Part shown: in pieces, positions 13,941 through 28,288 of the stretch
Layout: every line of letters starts with the position of its first letter
Position numbering within the stretch: the first letter of the stretch is position 1
From: Octopus sinensis
Taxonomy: Eukaryota
Direction of reading: 5' to 3'
DNA: 64,000 nt
Assembly (NCBI RefSeq): GCF_006345805.1
Contig: NC_043000.1
Span: 64,976,001 to 65,040,000, forward strand
Made by a program: the position numbers and the translations under genes
Notes under the pieces: generated by a model
What the model was told of the DNA's origin: nothing
The model's database searches: none
The model's input: the letters and a program-made list of their open reading frames with translations, nothing else

Positions 13941-15405
13941 GGTGCTCTAGCCATGACCATCCTGTCTTTTGTATGTTTAGGTCTACCTCATACAGGAACC
14001 TTGTATAATTGCTTTCAAGTTTTGGCACAAGGCCAGCGATTTGAGGTGGCGAGGATAAGTTAACTAGATTGACCCCTGTGTTCAACTGGTATTTTTTTTA
14101 TTGACCCTCAAATGATGAAAGGCAAAGTCAATCTCGAAGGGATTTGAACTTAGAAAGTAAAGACGGACAATACGCCACTAAGCATTTTCCCCAGCATGCT
14201 AATGATTCTGCCAGCTCACCATCTTAAAGAATTAATTGTACAATTAACAAATGATTCTTTAGTTTGAAATATTTACCTTAACATCTTCGTATTGTGAGAG
14301 ATTCAAGAAGAACAAATACTTTATTCTAGGCTAAACTCTTCTAAATCCACTTCATGAAGATACTAGTCATCAGTGGAACCACAATTACTTAAGGATATTT
14401 TTATCATACTTGTTGCTATTGTTTAGCTCTAGATTATCCCTGACTGAGCAGACTTAATCCAAAGCATTCCAACTATGATCCTTCTGTTTATTATTTTTTT
14501 TTTAGACTATTTAGTAACTTAGACTCCATTATCTAATACAGTGCTCCACAAACAGTATACTTTCCCTATGCTTTTAGTTATATTTTAGGTCAGGTGTCCT
14601 GCTGAATTTTGAAAAGAATATAAGTGTGCTGCAAGTGAAAAAAGGTTGCAGAGCATTGATCTAATACATCCTTATTTCCTTTTCAACCAGGGTTCATACG
14701 ACCCTTGGGATCTATATAAGATTTTTTTGTTAAAGTTTACCTGCAATAAATTACTTATACTTCAACAATACACCAGATATTTTAAAATGTTTTTTATACA
14801 ATCCCTAATGATATTTAATTTTTTAAATATAATAGAACTTTCTAAACATCGAATGTTTATGAAGATCCACCTAAGTAAAATATGAATCAAAGAGGCCTAA
14901 ATTGGTCTATAAGTAAAAAATGGTTGAGAACCACTGTTTCAGACAGTAGAGTGTGATTTGAGACAAAATTGGCAGGTATTTGAAGCTTATTGAGTGACTG
15001 CTTAGAGGACTCTCTTGTTGGTTCATCTGTCATACTTGTTCTTTAGTGTCAGGTCATATCTGATAGAGACCTCTAATGTAAGTTACTTCAGCCAATAACT
15101 CTTCAGTCTTTTTTTGTTTTGTGCTGTGTATCTGATGTTCTTCCTTTTCTAAGAGAGGATAGGCTGATATTTGAGAAAAATTTCATTGCTTTTTCTCAAA
15201 GATCAAGACACCCTCATACTTAATGTATACTTGTAGATACAGATTTCTTTTCTCTCTCTCTTTCTAATCCTGTAATGCTCAGAAGAAAATGCTAAATCCA
15301 TAGTTAATTGAAGATCTCCTTGTGTAGGGGAGCAAAACTCATGAAGTTGATGTTTCTTTTTCAAATTAACTGATTAATTAATTTATCTATTTATATTTCA
15401 GCATC

Positions 15406-15508
15406 ATGAAACTGCTGTGGATTATTACATGTGTTCTGTCTGTCTCTTTTGGAGTGACAGATGTAGCTAAAGCCCAACAAGCAGACAAACCAGCAGCTGC
15501 ATTAAAAA
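15406..15508 (+). CDS. Coding exon 1: signal peptide ([23 protein letters not shown]...)
   Basis: Acceptor tttcag ends at 15401, ATG at 15406, basic-then-hydrophobic N-terminus, donor A|gtaagc at 15509. Phase 1 matches the next exon. The acceptor implies an upstream non-coding exon. Confidence 0.8.
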
Positions 15509-18500
15509 GTAAGCAGATTATCATGAAAATATTCTACAAAATATATTTTGATTAATCATGTTATATATTGAAACATTTGTGAATTGCTGTTGCATATAAT
15601 TTTCGTGTTTTCTTATTTATTTATTTATTTTTGCTTTTTAATGTTTCAAACTTGATCTAACTAAGCTTGATATTTTGAAATTTATAAAAAAGATATTCTA
15701 AGAATGTTAATCATTCAACTTAGGTTAATGGCTTAAAGCCTATTGTACTAGTTAAGTTGATTTGGAGTTCTTTGCTTGGAGCTTATTCAGCTTGTCATGT
15801 ATGTTAGTTATGAAAAATATATTTAAAATTTGTTCTACATGTCATGATTACTTAGAATTATTTAGAAATTATTTAGTTAGTCAAGTCTTCTGTTTCAAAA
15901 GAGTAATTTTAGCTTATGGGTATAGAATTTTAGGTTGTCTCAATGTCTGTAATTGGTATTCAAGTTTGTGAATGTGTGTGTGTGCATGTGGGTGTGTGTT
16001 GTGAATGTAGTGTGTTTGTGGTGATGCGTGGCTTTGTGGTTAGGGTGTTGGACTCATGATCATAAGATTGTGGTTTCGATTCCTGGACCAGGTAACATAT
16101 GTTCTAGAGCAAAACACTTCATTTCACATTGTTCGAGTTCACTCAGCTGGCAAAAATGAGTAATCCTGCAACAGAGCAGCATCCCATCCAGGTAGGGAAT
16201 ATATACGCCATGAAACCAGAAAACCAGCCCTTATGAGTCAGTATGACTTCAGAAGGTAACTTACTTTACCTTTATGTAGTGTGTTTATGCATGTGTGGCA
16301 CCTTGGGCAAGTGACTTTTACTATAATTACAGGTCAACAGTAGACTTACGAGTAGATTTGACTGATGGAAACTGAAAGAAGGCTGTTTTGTATGTACACG
16401 TGTGTGTGTAAAATACACATCTATGTGTGTTGGAGTGTGGGTGTATGGACGTTTGTTTCTCTCTGTTTTGGTATCGCTTTAAATGATTGTCACTGTCATA
16501 GAAGCAATATCATTGACTTTCACTATTCTGTGAGATCATGTCTGGCCTTAAAGAAAAAATTACCTTCTTTGGAAATAAGTGAGGTTTGGCAACAAGAAAG
16601 GCACCTGGCCATAGAAAATCTGCAACAATAAATTTTATCCAACTAATGCAAACATGGAAAAGTGGACATCAATATGATGATGATGATTTTCATGTTGGAA
16701 GTTGAATCTGTTGTCAGCTAATCACAATAAAGTATTGTATGATTTCAGTTGAGGACAACAGTTTCTTTTCAGAATATAAAGAATTCTGTTAAACCTTGTA
16801 TATGCTATTTCAATACTTTTACGCGATCAAAGATAGTGAGCTGGCAGAATTGTTAGCTCAGCAGCATTTTCTCTATCTTCACATTCTGAGTTGAAATTCC
16901 ACCTAGGTTGACTTCACCTTTTATCCTTTTGGGGCCCAGTTGAGTATTGGGCTAGTGCAATCAACTCCCCCGAAATTATTGGGCTTTTGTCAAAATTTGA
17001 AATAATATTTTTATGTGATCAGGCATTTTAGAACCTCTATTATCTGTTAGCTAGTTCCATTCAGTATTTTTTTTTTGTTAAAAGTGTGATTTTAATATAA
17101 ATGTTTCTAGTTAGTTTATATTGAACTTGGAAATTTTGATACGTATAATCTGTTGGAACAAAATTTCAAGTGAATAATTTTTTATTTGCATTTGATGTTA
17201 TCGGGTACTCTCACATGTTTAGCTGTGAAATGAAGTGGAGATAGACTAAAGGTAAATAGTTAAGCACCCTTGGTATTCCCAACCCAGCAGTCATTCTTTT
17301 AAATTATTACACTGCTCAGTGCTCATTCTCTAAAATTCTACATTCATCTCTAGTCATCTAAGATCTGGCAATAGCAGTTAGACTGTGTTTTGCTAATGAG
17401 GTCTAACAAGACCAAAGCATACCCTCAGTTTGCACTGTACTGACTATACTCTAACTCACTTCCTAGTGATCCTGTTTTTAATTAATTTTAATTATCTAAA
17501 ATTTCTTGCTCCACTACATTAAATATCTCCAGTCTTCACTTTACTGAAGGAAAATGGTTTAGTTGTTGCTAACATACAAATAAGATTCTTCACCAAGAGA
17601 AATAAGCAACTCATGTTCCTATTTTTCCACTTCAGATATGCATTGTCTCCATTTCACTGCATAGAAATATGTTTCAACTTTACATTACTTTTGGAGGTTA
17701 TATTATATTTTAGTGTATGGGTAGTTAGCCTTGTGTATTTTCTTCAACTAAAATTATTTTTTCATATCTGAAACATAATGGCCAGTTATAGAAAAAAAAT
17801 TAACTTAAAATGCATACTTTCTTTTATTTTGTAGGAAAAAGTTGTTCCAAATGGGTTTTTGATGAATGCAAAGTAAATGGGGGTGTCTGTGGATCTGGTA
17901 AAAAAATTGGCCGGAGAACAGGAAGTAATTGTGGTAAAAAAGAGAAAACATTCTCTTGCACAATACCTTGTGAAAGCAATGATATGGTGAATAATAAAAT
18001 GAACAAAGACAAGAAAAAACGAGCTGGAGGCAAAGGTAAGCTGATTCATACGTGTCTTTCTTTCTTTACAAGATTGTCATTCAATTCGTTTTCATCAGGA
18101 ATGACAAATGAGGTAGATCATTTTTTTACATTTTTTTCTTGCACTCAGTTACATGTGCATTTTCATATATGCTTTCTTTATATTTGCAAATAGCTATTAT
18201 GTCAGTCTTTCTGTAGTTTATAGTAGAATTAAATATGAAACTACAAATGTTATTTTTACATTTGATAATATTTGTCATAGCAGAAATTTCATAAACAGGT
18301 GCTACTTTCGCATGTTGTCTAACAAAGTAGCTGTATTCAACGCTGTAAAGTGACCTTTCATGTTATGAATTTATTACCTGTGCTTACCTTTTTTAACCCT
18401 CTAAGTGTCAGTAGTGAGCTTTTCTAGTCACACATTGATCACAGTTGCTAGAAAGTACTGAGAAAAGATGCAGTAGATTTGTTTGTAGCATTCCAAAATG

Positions 18501-18828
18501 ATATACGAAGCATGTCTCATTAAAGGATTCAAATTTTGATTTAGATTTTTATGATCAACTGTATGTCCTCAATAATAAATCATTATTTAATAATATTCAA
18601 CTTGTTATATCATCATGCAGTATAAAATTCTTGTAGTAGAGGTAGACTACATGCTAAAATGTATATGGCGAGTAGGCCATACACTAAGGTGACACGCATA
18701 AATGTTCTTATCAATAAATTCCTTATCATACATTGGTATGTATGTATGCATGCATGTATGTATGTATGTATGTATGTATGTATGTATGTATGTATGTATG
18801 TATGTATGTATGTATGTATGTATGTATG

Positions 18829-18875
<47 letters not shown>

Positions 18876-21800
18876 ATCAAAAGAGTTTGATTCAAATTCG
18901 TTGGTACTCTTGAGTTTCAAGCATGATGCTTGGCATTGCCAAATGTGTCCTTTGTTTTTAAGATTGTAGAGTGTGAATTGAAGAAATTTTTTTACTATTT
19001 CTAGTGGCTTGAGAACTGTATAGAAGGTCCCAGCATGACAAGGTTTCTATTTTATTGAACTTTGGAAACTGGAAAGGGATTTGAACAAAATTCCTATCAT
19101 CCCTTAAGGCAGAAACAAATTCTTTGGTTTAGTAAGATGTTCAATTCTTTCTGCCACTCTGCATTAAATAACAATGAATATCATGTGTTAAAGGATAGCA
19201 CTTGTCAAAAGTTGTTGTTGTTCTTTAGCCCAGCTCATTCCTATCCAACTTGATCTAGGATCACAAACATTCCTCTTGTGATCTTAGATATTCATTGTTG
19301 AATATGTCCTACCTTTTTTAAAGATTGTAGGATGTATTATCTGAAGGAATTTGGCTGTTATTTTGAGCAACCATGTAGAGACTCCTTTTTTGGATTCATT
19401 TCTTAAAAGGGTTTTAGGAAAAAGGCAGTAACAAGGATAATGAGCATATTGTTAGAAAAGTGGACTGTTACAATAGATTGTAATAGATGAGAATAAAAGT
19501 AGAGAGCGTAATGTTTTTAAGGTAATGAGTACCCTGCAGGTGGTATTGCAAATGAGATATATTGCTAGAAGTATATAATTCAAACAAGAAACGAAAAAAA
19601 AAAATGTAATTCAGTTAAATAATTCTAAATAAACTACAAACTAATAACGAATAAGTAAGAAGTAACTTGATAAATGAAATACAAAGACTGGAAAGGTAAG
19701 GAACATCTTATTTATCCAGCATAAAAGTGACCTCTATTGAAAAAGATACTGCCAAGAAGTTAATTGATGTTGAAACTATGCCACCAATATTACCTTGGAG
19801 ATAGTGAGGTTATGGAGGTAAGAAACGAAAGGTATGTAGGATTTTAGAATCCTATGAAAGAGACTCGACATAACATTAACTTAACAAATACTCTAATAAT
19901 TTTGGCATGTTTTATGAGCAGTGTTAAGAAATTTGTGGAGACAATCATTCATTTATACTTATTGAAACTATAACATAGTAAAAACATAGACTTACATTTG
20001 TAATGCACTAATTGATCAGTGCAAGAGATTAAGCTCAACTGGGAAATCAATAAAACTTGCAGTGAATTCATAATTTATTTGCATTAATTAAAGCAATATT
20101 TCATTAATATGTGTTAGGAGTATATTTAAAAAGAATATGTTTTCCAACTATTAGTGATTCATATAATTACATGCTGCATGTAAATGGTGATTTGTTCATT
20201 AGCCTCACTACTATTTTATAGTATTGTGAGAGTATAGCTCCTTGCTTCTCAAAATTGGCAGTATCACACTCTGGGAAGGATGAAAATCTTTATGTGGGTA
20301 CTGGGGACGAAGAAGGGTGGTGATAAATGCATCTGTACAGCTTTTTAGTCTTTGACTATTATTTTAATATTAACTTTAAAACAGTTTTAATTTAATATTA
20401 TGCTGAATTGTTTAGTTAGCCATAATCACAATAACAATGATAATCATCACCATCATCATCATCATCATCATCATTTAGCATCTGTTTATCATGCTAGCAT
20501 GGGTTAGACAGTTTGACTGGAACTAGTAAGCTGGAGAGCTGCACCAAACTCCAGTCTGTTTTGGCTTGGTTTCTACAGCTGGATGCCCTTCCTAACACTA
20601 ACTTCTCCATAGAGTATACATGGGTGCCTCTAATGTGTCACTGGTATGGGTGCCTTTTATGTGTCATCAGCAAGGGTACCTTTCATGTGTCACTGGCACA
20701 AGTGCCTTCTACATTTACTTGCACAGGTGCTTTTTATGAGTCAGTGGCATGAATGTCTTTTATATGCCACTAGCACAGATGCCTTTTGTGTGTCACCAAT
20801 ATTAACAATAACAGACTTTGAAATTTGAATAAATAAATAAATAAAACTGAAGAGCATCCAGTTATAGAAAATCTGCCTCAGTGAATTTCGTTCAACCCAT
20901 GCAATCATGGAAAAGTAGATATTAATACAATGAGAATATATGCTACATATGCTTGTAAATAATAAATGATATACAAAAGTATTGTTTTCGAAACATATTT
21001 TCAATTTTTATTCTTTATGCAAATCCCCTGGCAATATTGGTCTCAAACTTGATCACAAGGCCAGCCATTTCTTTGAAGCCGGTAAGTTGATTAAATTGAC
21101 CTCAGTGTTCAACTGGTACTTATTTTATCAACTCAGAAAGGAACAAAAGCGATGTTGACCCCAGCAGCATTTGAACTCTGACTGTAAAGTTGGAAAAAAT
21201 ACCACTAAGCATTTTCTCTACCAGTTTGCCATCCTAAACCATCTGGTAATATTAATGCTCAAATGATGGCAAGCTGGCAGGATTGTTACCACACTGGACA
21301 AAATGCTTAGTGAAATTATTTCCAACTCTATATTCTGAGTTCAAATGCTGCTGGAGTTGACTACACCTCTCCTCCTTTTGGGCTTGATAACATAAGTATC
21401 AGTTGAGCACTGGAGTCGATGTAATTGGCTTAATCACTTCAATGAAATTGCTATCCTTCTGTTAAAATATGAAACAAATATCTGTACTTGAAATAAGTTG
21501 GGGAACTAGTAGAATTGTTAGCATGCCAGACAAAATGCTTTGCGGCATTTTGTTTGTCTTTACGTTCTGATTTCAAATTTCAATGAGGTTGATTTTGAAT
21601 TTTATCCTTTCATGGTTGATAAAATAAGTTCCATTTGAGCACTGGGGTCAATGTAGCTGGCTCACTCCTTCCCTCAGAATTACTGGCCTGGTGCCAAAAT
21701 TTGAAACCAGTTTTAGTGCTTGGAATGTTTTGACACTCCATTGAAGAACATGTCTTATGTGCAAGTAATTGTTAACAGCAAGTAGTTGTTGGGAGAAATA

Positions 21801-24800
21801 CTTTGTGGTGTGTTTCATTTTGTTGAATTATAACGAGGAGTCATTGGAAAAATGGTAGTGAAAGAAAGTGGGTGGTTATTGAAAAAGTTTGAAAAACAAT
21901 GAATATAGTTAATCTGAAGATAGTGATTTAAAATTTTGCCACAAGGCCAGCAGTTTTGGGAGTGGGGGTAAGTTAATTACTTCTAGTGTTTAACTGGTAA
22001 TTATTTTATCAATCCCTAAAGGATGAAAGGCAAAGTTGACCTCAGTAGAATTTGAACTTAGAATGCAAAGACAGATGAAATGCCACTAAGCATTCTGTCT
22101 GGTATGCAAATGGCTCTGCCAACTCATCACTTAACAGCTAATCTGAAGATATAGCCAGGAGTTTAGCAAAGCATTATGAAAGACAGAATTTAATAAGATT
22201 TAGAATCTGAGACAGCTTATCTTCCAAGACATTATACTAGTAAAACAAAGCTGGTTATTTATTGTTTCATTTATTTTTCCTATGAGGGAGGAAATTATGT
22301 AAAAATTATATCCTGTCTTTTTCACTTATTTCCTTTTCACTGAAAAGTTATCATAGACATGTAACTCAAAAAGTTATATTGTTTGTATATTCAATGTTTA
22401 ATATTTCCAACTAGTTTCATAATCAGATAAGTCTTTTTCTCTGTTGTATACATTCAGTAAAGACTATTAGAGCAGGGGGATAATCAGAATAATTACTTAC
22501 AATATCCAAGTAAAAGAGGAGTGGAGAGAAAGAAGAAAAAGAAAAAGAGATAATGTTACTCATGATTTGGAAAATAGAAGGAAAACAATCTTAAATGTAC
22601 CCAATTTATATAGTTCAGACATTTTGAAATTGCTATAGAAAATCATCCTCTTGAATGCTTTATCAGTCATAAAATCACACAACTATTGAAATACATGTGA
22701 AATGCAAATGGCATAGAAATTATATTTCATGATTACCATATGAATGGTAATGGTTATATAATTTCAGACTTGAGATAACGGATAAATTTATTAGTGGTAG
22801 TAGGTCAGAGTATAGTAGCCTACATTTCATAACCACTAACTTATTAAATTTGATAATTATGGACAATACTGTATTTGCCATGATTTCATTGTCAATAAAT
22901 TAACTCTTGCAATAGACTGGCCTATTTATCACTGGGTCTGTGCAGGAGTATTTATTGGTTGTCTGTTACTGTGAAGGTCAGTTTTTATATTGTCCTTGCT
23001 TCAAAACTGTTTAAAATTCTGGATTATTTATCCTTGTGTTTAAATTCCTAATGTTGTTTTAAAGTAATTTGTTCTATTTCTATGGTGAATAATAATGGTG
23101 GTGGTGATGATGGCGGTGGCAGTGGTGGAGGCAGTTGGTGGTGGTGGTGCTGATAATGATGAGGATGATGATGTAATTATATCTGGTTATTCTCATAGGA
23201 TTGTTGATATCATATTGAAAATGCTCCTGAGCATAATGGCTGTTTTTAAATAATAATCTTGAAAAGTTTTGTAAAAGTTTTCAGTCTCATTGCTTTGTTG
23301 TCTGGAATTCATGGTGATGATTATGATGATGATGATGATGAAGGATCAATGTTTGAAAAGATATAAAGCAAAGGTGAAAAACTATGCTTTAATCAAAGTA
23401 GGCTCCATTTAATTCAGTACAAATGTAGTAAGACTATAGATTCCTGTCATGTAGAAATGAATGTGTTTATAGAATCTATAAACTCTTTGAAAGCTTCTGT
23501 GACACTGTCTGGTTTTGGAAATGTGTACTATTCAAGCAACTGTCTAGGTATTTGAAAAAATTAAAATCTTTTCGGTGAAAGACTGGAAAAATAAGATGTC
23601 TGAAGCAGAGCTTTGATTCCAAAATCCAACAATTTCTGAAGCATCATCCACAATAAATATATTTTCATATATTTTTTTTCATCATTATTTTCATGGATTC
23701 CCAAGACTCTCTGTCTCCATCCAATTCCATTATTATGAGTTTGAATTGGGAGCTTGAATCATACTGAATCTTTAATCAACTGATTACACATCCATGGATG
23801 TCACCCCCATTGATGCATTGCAGTTACTCCCTTTGAAAGAGCTTGATGATCCTGACAATTGATCTTCTAGGATTCCTCTGCTCAGCATCAATGTAAGAAG
23901 CACCATTGGTTCAGTTGAGCTCTTCTGCTACCTCTTCACAATCCACCTTGGCTTTGCTGTATCCCTGGCAGGGTGGTTGAATGCATGCTATACCTTGCCA
24001 AAGGGCAGCCCTTAATTATGCAGAGCACAGTCGTCACTGCATGAGGTATTTACAAATACCTGCATACCTAACAAAATACTTACATACCCAATCATTTCAA
24101 GTAGTATCGCAGTTGGTGAACAATAGTAGCTTTAGACTGGTTCAGTGCATTTCTGATGGCAAGTGACAAGGGAGTGTGTGTAACATGGATACAAAACAAG
24201 TATTTTAAGGAACTCTATTCATAAAGCACTAACTTCATTTTCACGTCAATGTTCATATCCTTCAGAAATGTAAATCAGTAAAAGACACACACATACATGT
24301 ATATGCACATGGCAGCCTTTCACTTAGTTTCAGTCAACAACATACTCCCCATCTATAGATTGTACACTGCTTGTTATGGGGAGAAATGGATGACTTGTTT
24401 GGGATTAATTCTGTAGACAAGGTTGTGGTAAGTCTAAGTCTAAGGTAGAAGACTCTTACCCAACGATGATGACAATGACGACGACGACAACAACAACAAC
24501 AACAACAACAACAGAACCCCTTAAACTGACAAATGCTAGTTTACATTTTTTCTACAATTTCCCACACATTTCCTTCACTGCTCAGAGATATGCGTTCTCA
24601 TGCTGACTCAGTGCTGGAACAGATTCTCCAACATACTGTAAAAAACAATGTCATCAAATATTTCCTAGTGTCTGCAGGCATATCAGTGACATTGGAGCCC
24701 AACAAACTGCACTATAGTGATGAAAAATACTTGGTGAGAAGGCCTGTTTACCATACACTTTGAGTATGGGGGTAAGGATGTAAATTTTACAAACATTTTC

Positions 24801-27800
24801 ACTGACAGTAACATTTCAAAGAATCTGATCCATCCATCAAGTGCTATGATGATGGCTGTGTTGGCATGTATACAGTACTACTAGACACATATCTCTTTGA
24901 ATCAGAGGTAATAAATTCAAATGCTGTCACTGGTAAATTGACAAGGGCTTTCATTTATTCTAAGGAAAAGCTAGTTGAAGTGAAGGTAAAGTGGCTGCTA
25001 TTTCATGTCTGTGGCAAGAAATTGGTCAAGCAATCATTCATAGCAATACTCTGTCAGTGTGCTATTGAATATATGTAATATATGTGGCATATTACATTTT
25101 TTAATATATGTAAATAAATTTAAAACATTTGCAATAACTGACCAAAATCTTAAAATATAGGTACCAAGACATGCAGTTCAAAACAGCATATCTTCTGCAG
25201 AAGTGGTCCTCTAAGTGCCAAGCTCCATTAAACGAAAATATTAGGGAAATTTTTTTACTTCTTTATTTTTTTATTTTGACAAAATAGAGCTTGCATTTAC
25301 ATAACTCTTCTTTTTTTACCATCACCATGGACAAATTGAAAAGATTAAAGCTATCATTATAAATTTATTAAACAAAGTGATTTGTCCACCTCTTTTTCAA
25401 TCCTAACAGTCCTTAGCTCTTTTTAATGAGAAACGCTGCATAAGTAACCATAATTTACTCAATATTCCAATTATAAATGATCAACATTAGAAAACTGAAA
25501 AGCTTTTCTGGGTAATACATGACTGAATACTCTATTTCCCTCTTACAACCAATCTCTGTTTAAAAAGGCCAAAGTGTCTCGTTTTTACTTTTACTCATTG
25601 GTATCTTAACCTTACATCTAATTTTTGCCTACATCTAACTAGTTTGAAGCATTAATAACAATATTGTACTGAAAATTTTCATATTTAACTCAGAAAGCAT
25701 ATGAATGAGCTAATAGATTTACTTGAAAATATTTATTGCTAAAGTTCAAAGTATTTTGATATAAATAAAAACCTTTATTCTTTTTCCTTCTTGTAAAATA
25801 CTGCTTTGTAAAAAATTGTTGTGCAAGCAGCTATTGATTTTTTTTATTTCAAAACATTCTAGATTATAGAAATATAGAAAATACAGAACTCTGCACACAT
25901 TTTGGCAGGCTTTTAGAATTTGAGTGAGTTTTGGAAAACATTGGCATGGTTTTCGAAATATTAGCATGTTTTGCAAAATTTTGGTGCAGAATCTACTTTA
26001 CATTAAATTTACTTCATTAATCAATTACTCTGTCTACTTAAAGGCAAAGCAAATAGCCATTTTTGTGTTTGAAATCAATTGAAGAAACTTTGCTAAGACA
26101 TAATTTAGAAGTAAATTTATATCTTCAATAGAAGCAATTATTTAATATAACAAAACAGCACATTTTTGTTCCAGACTAACATTTTAAGAAATGTACTGAT
26201 AATTCTCTCATATTTTCTGTAAATAACATTAATCTTTCATTCAATACTCATAAATATTTTTCTGGATGATTTTAATTGTTACACTATGTATTTAGCAACA
26301 ATTTTTTTTTATTATCTAGTTATTTCTCTACAAAGAAAAGAATTCTTTAATGATGTTTGGCAGTTGGTGAGGAGGGAGGAAAATGGATATAGTTTTCCCT
26401 TTTTAGGTCAAAGAACATAACACTTTCCACATGATGTGTTCTTATGTTATTATTCACAACAATTTATTTTTCTTTTATTGTGATATAACTTTTTTTGTTA
26501 ATAATTTTGAACATTATTAAACTTCAGAATTTATTACTCTTTCTGCAACTACTGTGGCAATAACTTTATTAATATTGATCACAATTAGATCAGAAAAATT
26601 TCTTTGTTTATTAAATGGTGCCATTGATCCAAGAACTTATGTGATGATTCATATTTAAGCAAAATATATGAAGTGCTTTTTATTTCATCCAAAAATATAA
26701 AAAAAATCTTGATTTACTTCAATAGGAAATATAGTCAACATAAGATTTTGTTTAAATTTTGTCTGAATTCTCTTCAATCTGGAATCTCCATTTCATTCTC
26801 AATAGTTCATATCTTTTTAAATACTTTATTGGCAAAATTATTAGAGGAGTATTTAGTAGTGGCCCTTTTACGCTATGAGTTCAAATAACACAGAGATCAA
26901 CTCTGTTCTTTCATCCTTTTAAGGTTGATAACATAAAGTACCTGTCGAGTATTGGGACAATTTGATATTTCAACAATGATCCTAGGTGTGAAAGATGGGA
27001 GTGGGGAAGTAAGGAAATTTTGAACTTACCTTATCTCTCTTTGGAGATTTTCCAATGAATATCTTTATTAGTTTCAAAATCTTCCTAAAATTTTTTAAAT
27101 AGTTCTCAGAGAAGTAACTATAACTATTCTATACCCTTCAATATCATATTAATTATTGCTATTCATTTACTTGTATCCAGTTTTCCATAATTCCAGTTTT
27201 AATAATGTATGCAAAATGATTTGGTTAGTGCTCTGTTTCTTGTTGATTGCTACACAGTATGGTCAATAATTTCTCAACATGATCAATATTGACCAAAATA
27301 ATGTTTAATATCTATTTATATTTGAGCTTTCAATTTCAAGTATTATGCTCACCAAAGTTTTGGAAAGCATTCTGAAACTAATGAAAATCTCTGTTTGAGA
27401 ATGGTTAAGAGTGTTCTTATTCTTCTAAACTTTGTAACCAAATTATCATAAAATCTGACAAATAACTTTATTGCTGAAACTTTTGAGTAACATGATTAAT
27501 TAACCTTTCGTGTAACACATATTTATATATAAATATGCTCACACACTCATTCACAGTAAATTAACAAGGTATAACTACTGTTGTCATTGCTTGTTCAAAT
27601 TTTGTTTATACATCACTGGTCTTTGTTGTGGTTAATCTAAATTATTAATTAATGATTTATCACTACTAATTTGACTTTTAATGATTGTTAGTATCAGTCA
27701 AGAGGTGATTAACGGCCATGCTGATATTTATAACAGAGCACAAATTAAAATTTTAAGTTGCAGTTGGAATCATCTTGAACAATAAACTTTCAAGAGCTGA

Positions 27801-28235
27801 ATGTTGAAAAAAAAGTCTTATTTTGGTCAATATTGGTCATTCTGAGAAATTATTGACCATGCCATCTAGCAATCAATAAGAGACAATTACTAACCAAACC
27901 AATTTATATGATCAAAATGAGGCAAAACTGGATACAAGTACAGGAATAGCAATAATTGAAATGAAATTGTCACTAGTGCCCTCTTAAATCTAGTGAACTT
28001 TTCATTGTTCAGTTGGTCTTCTCATTGAAATGAAAATGTCCAATGAGTTTATTGCTCATGGTGCAAAGAATATATCAACATAAGCTAGGGAATACATGGT
28101 CTCAGACTGAGTTCTCCAAAACATCTCTACTACACTTCATTGCCTACTATAATGCTCTATAAATAAAAACTGATGTATAAATTCTGTTTGTTACTATGTT
28201 GAATATTTTCCAAGTGACACACACACACATACACA

Positions 28236-28288
<53 letters not shown>

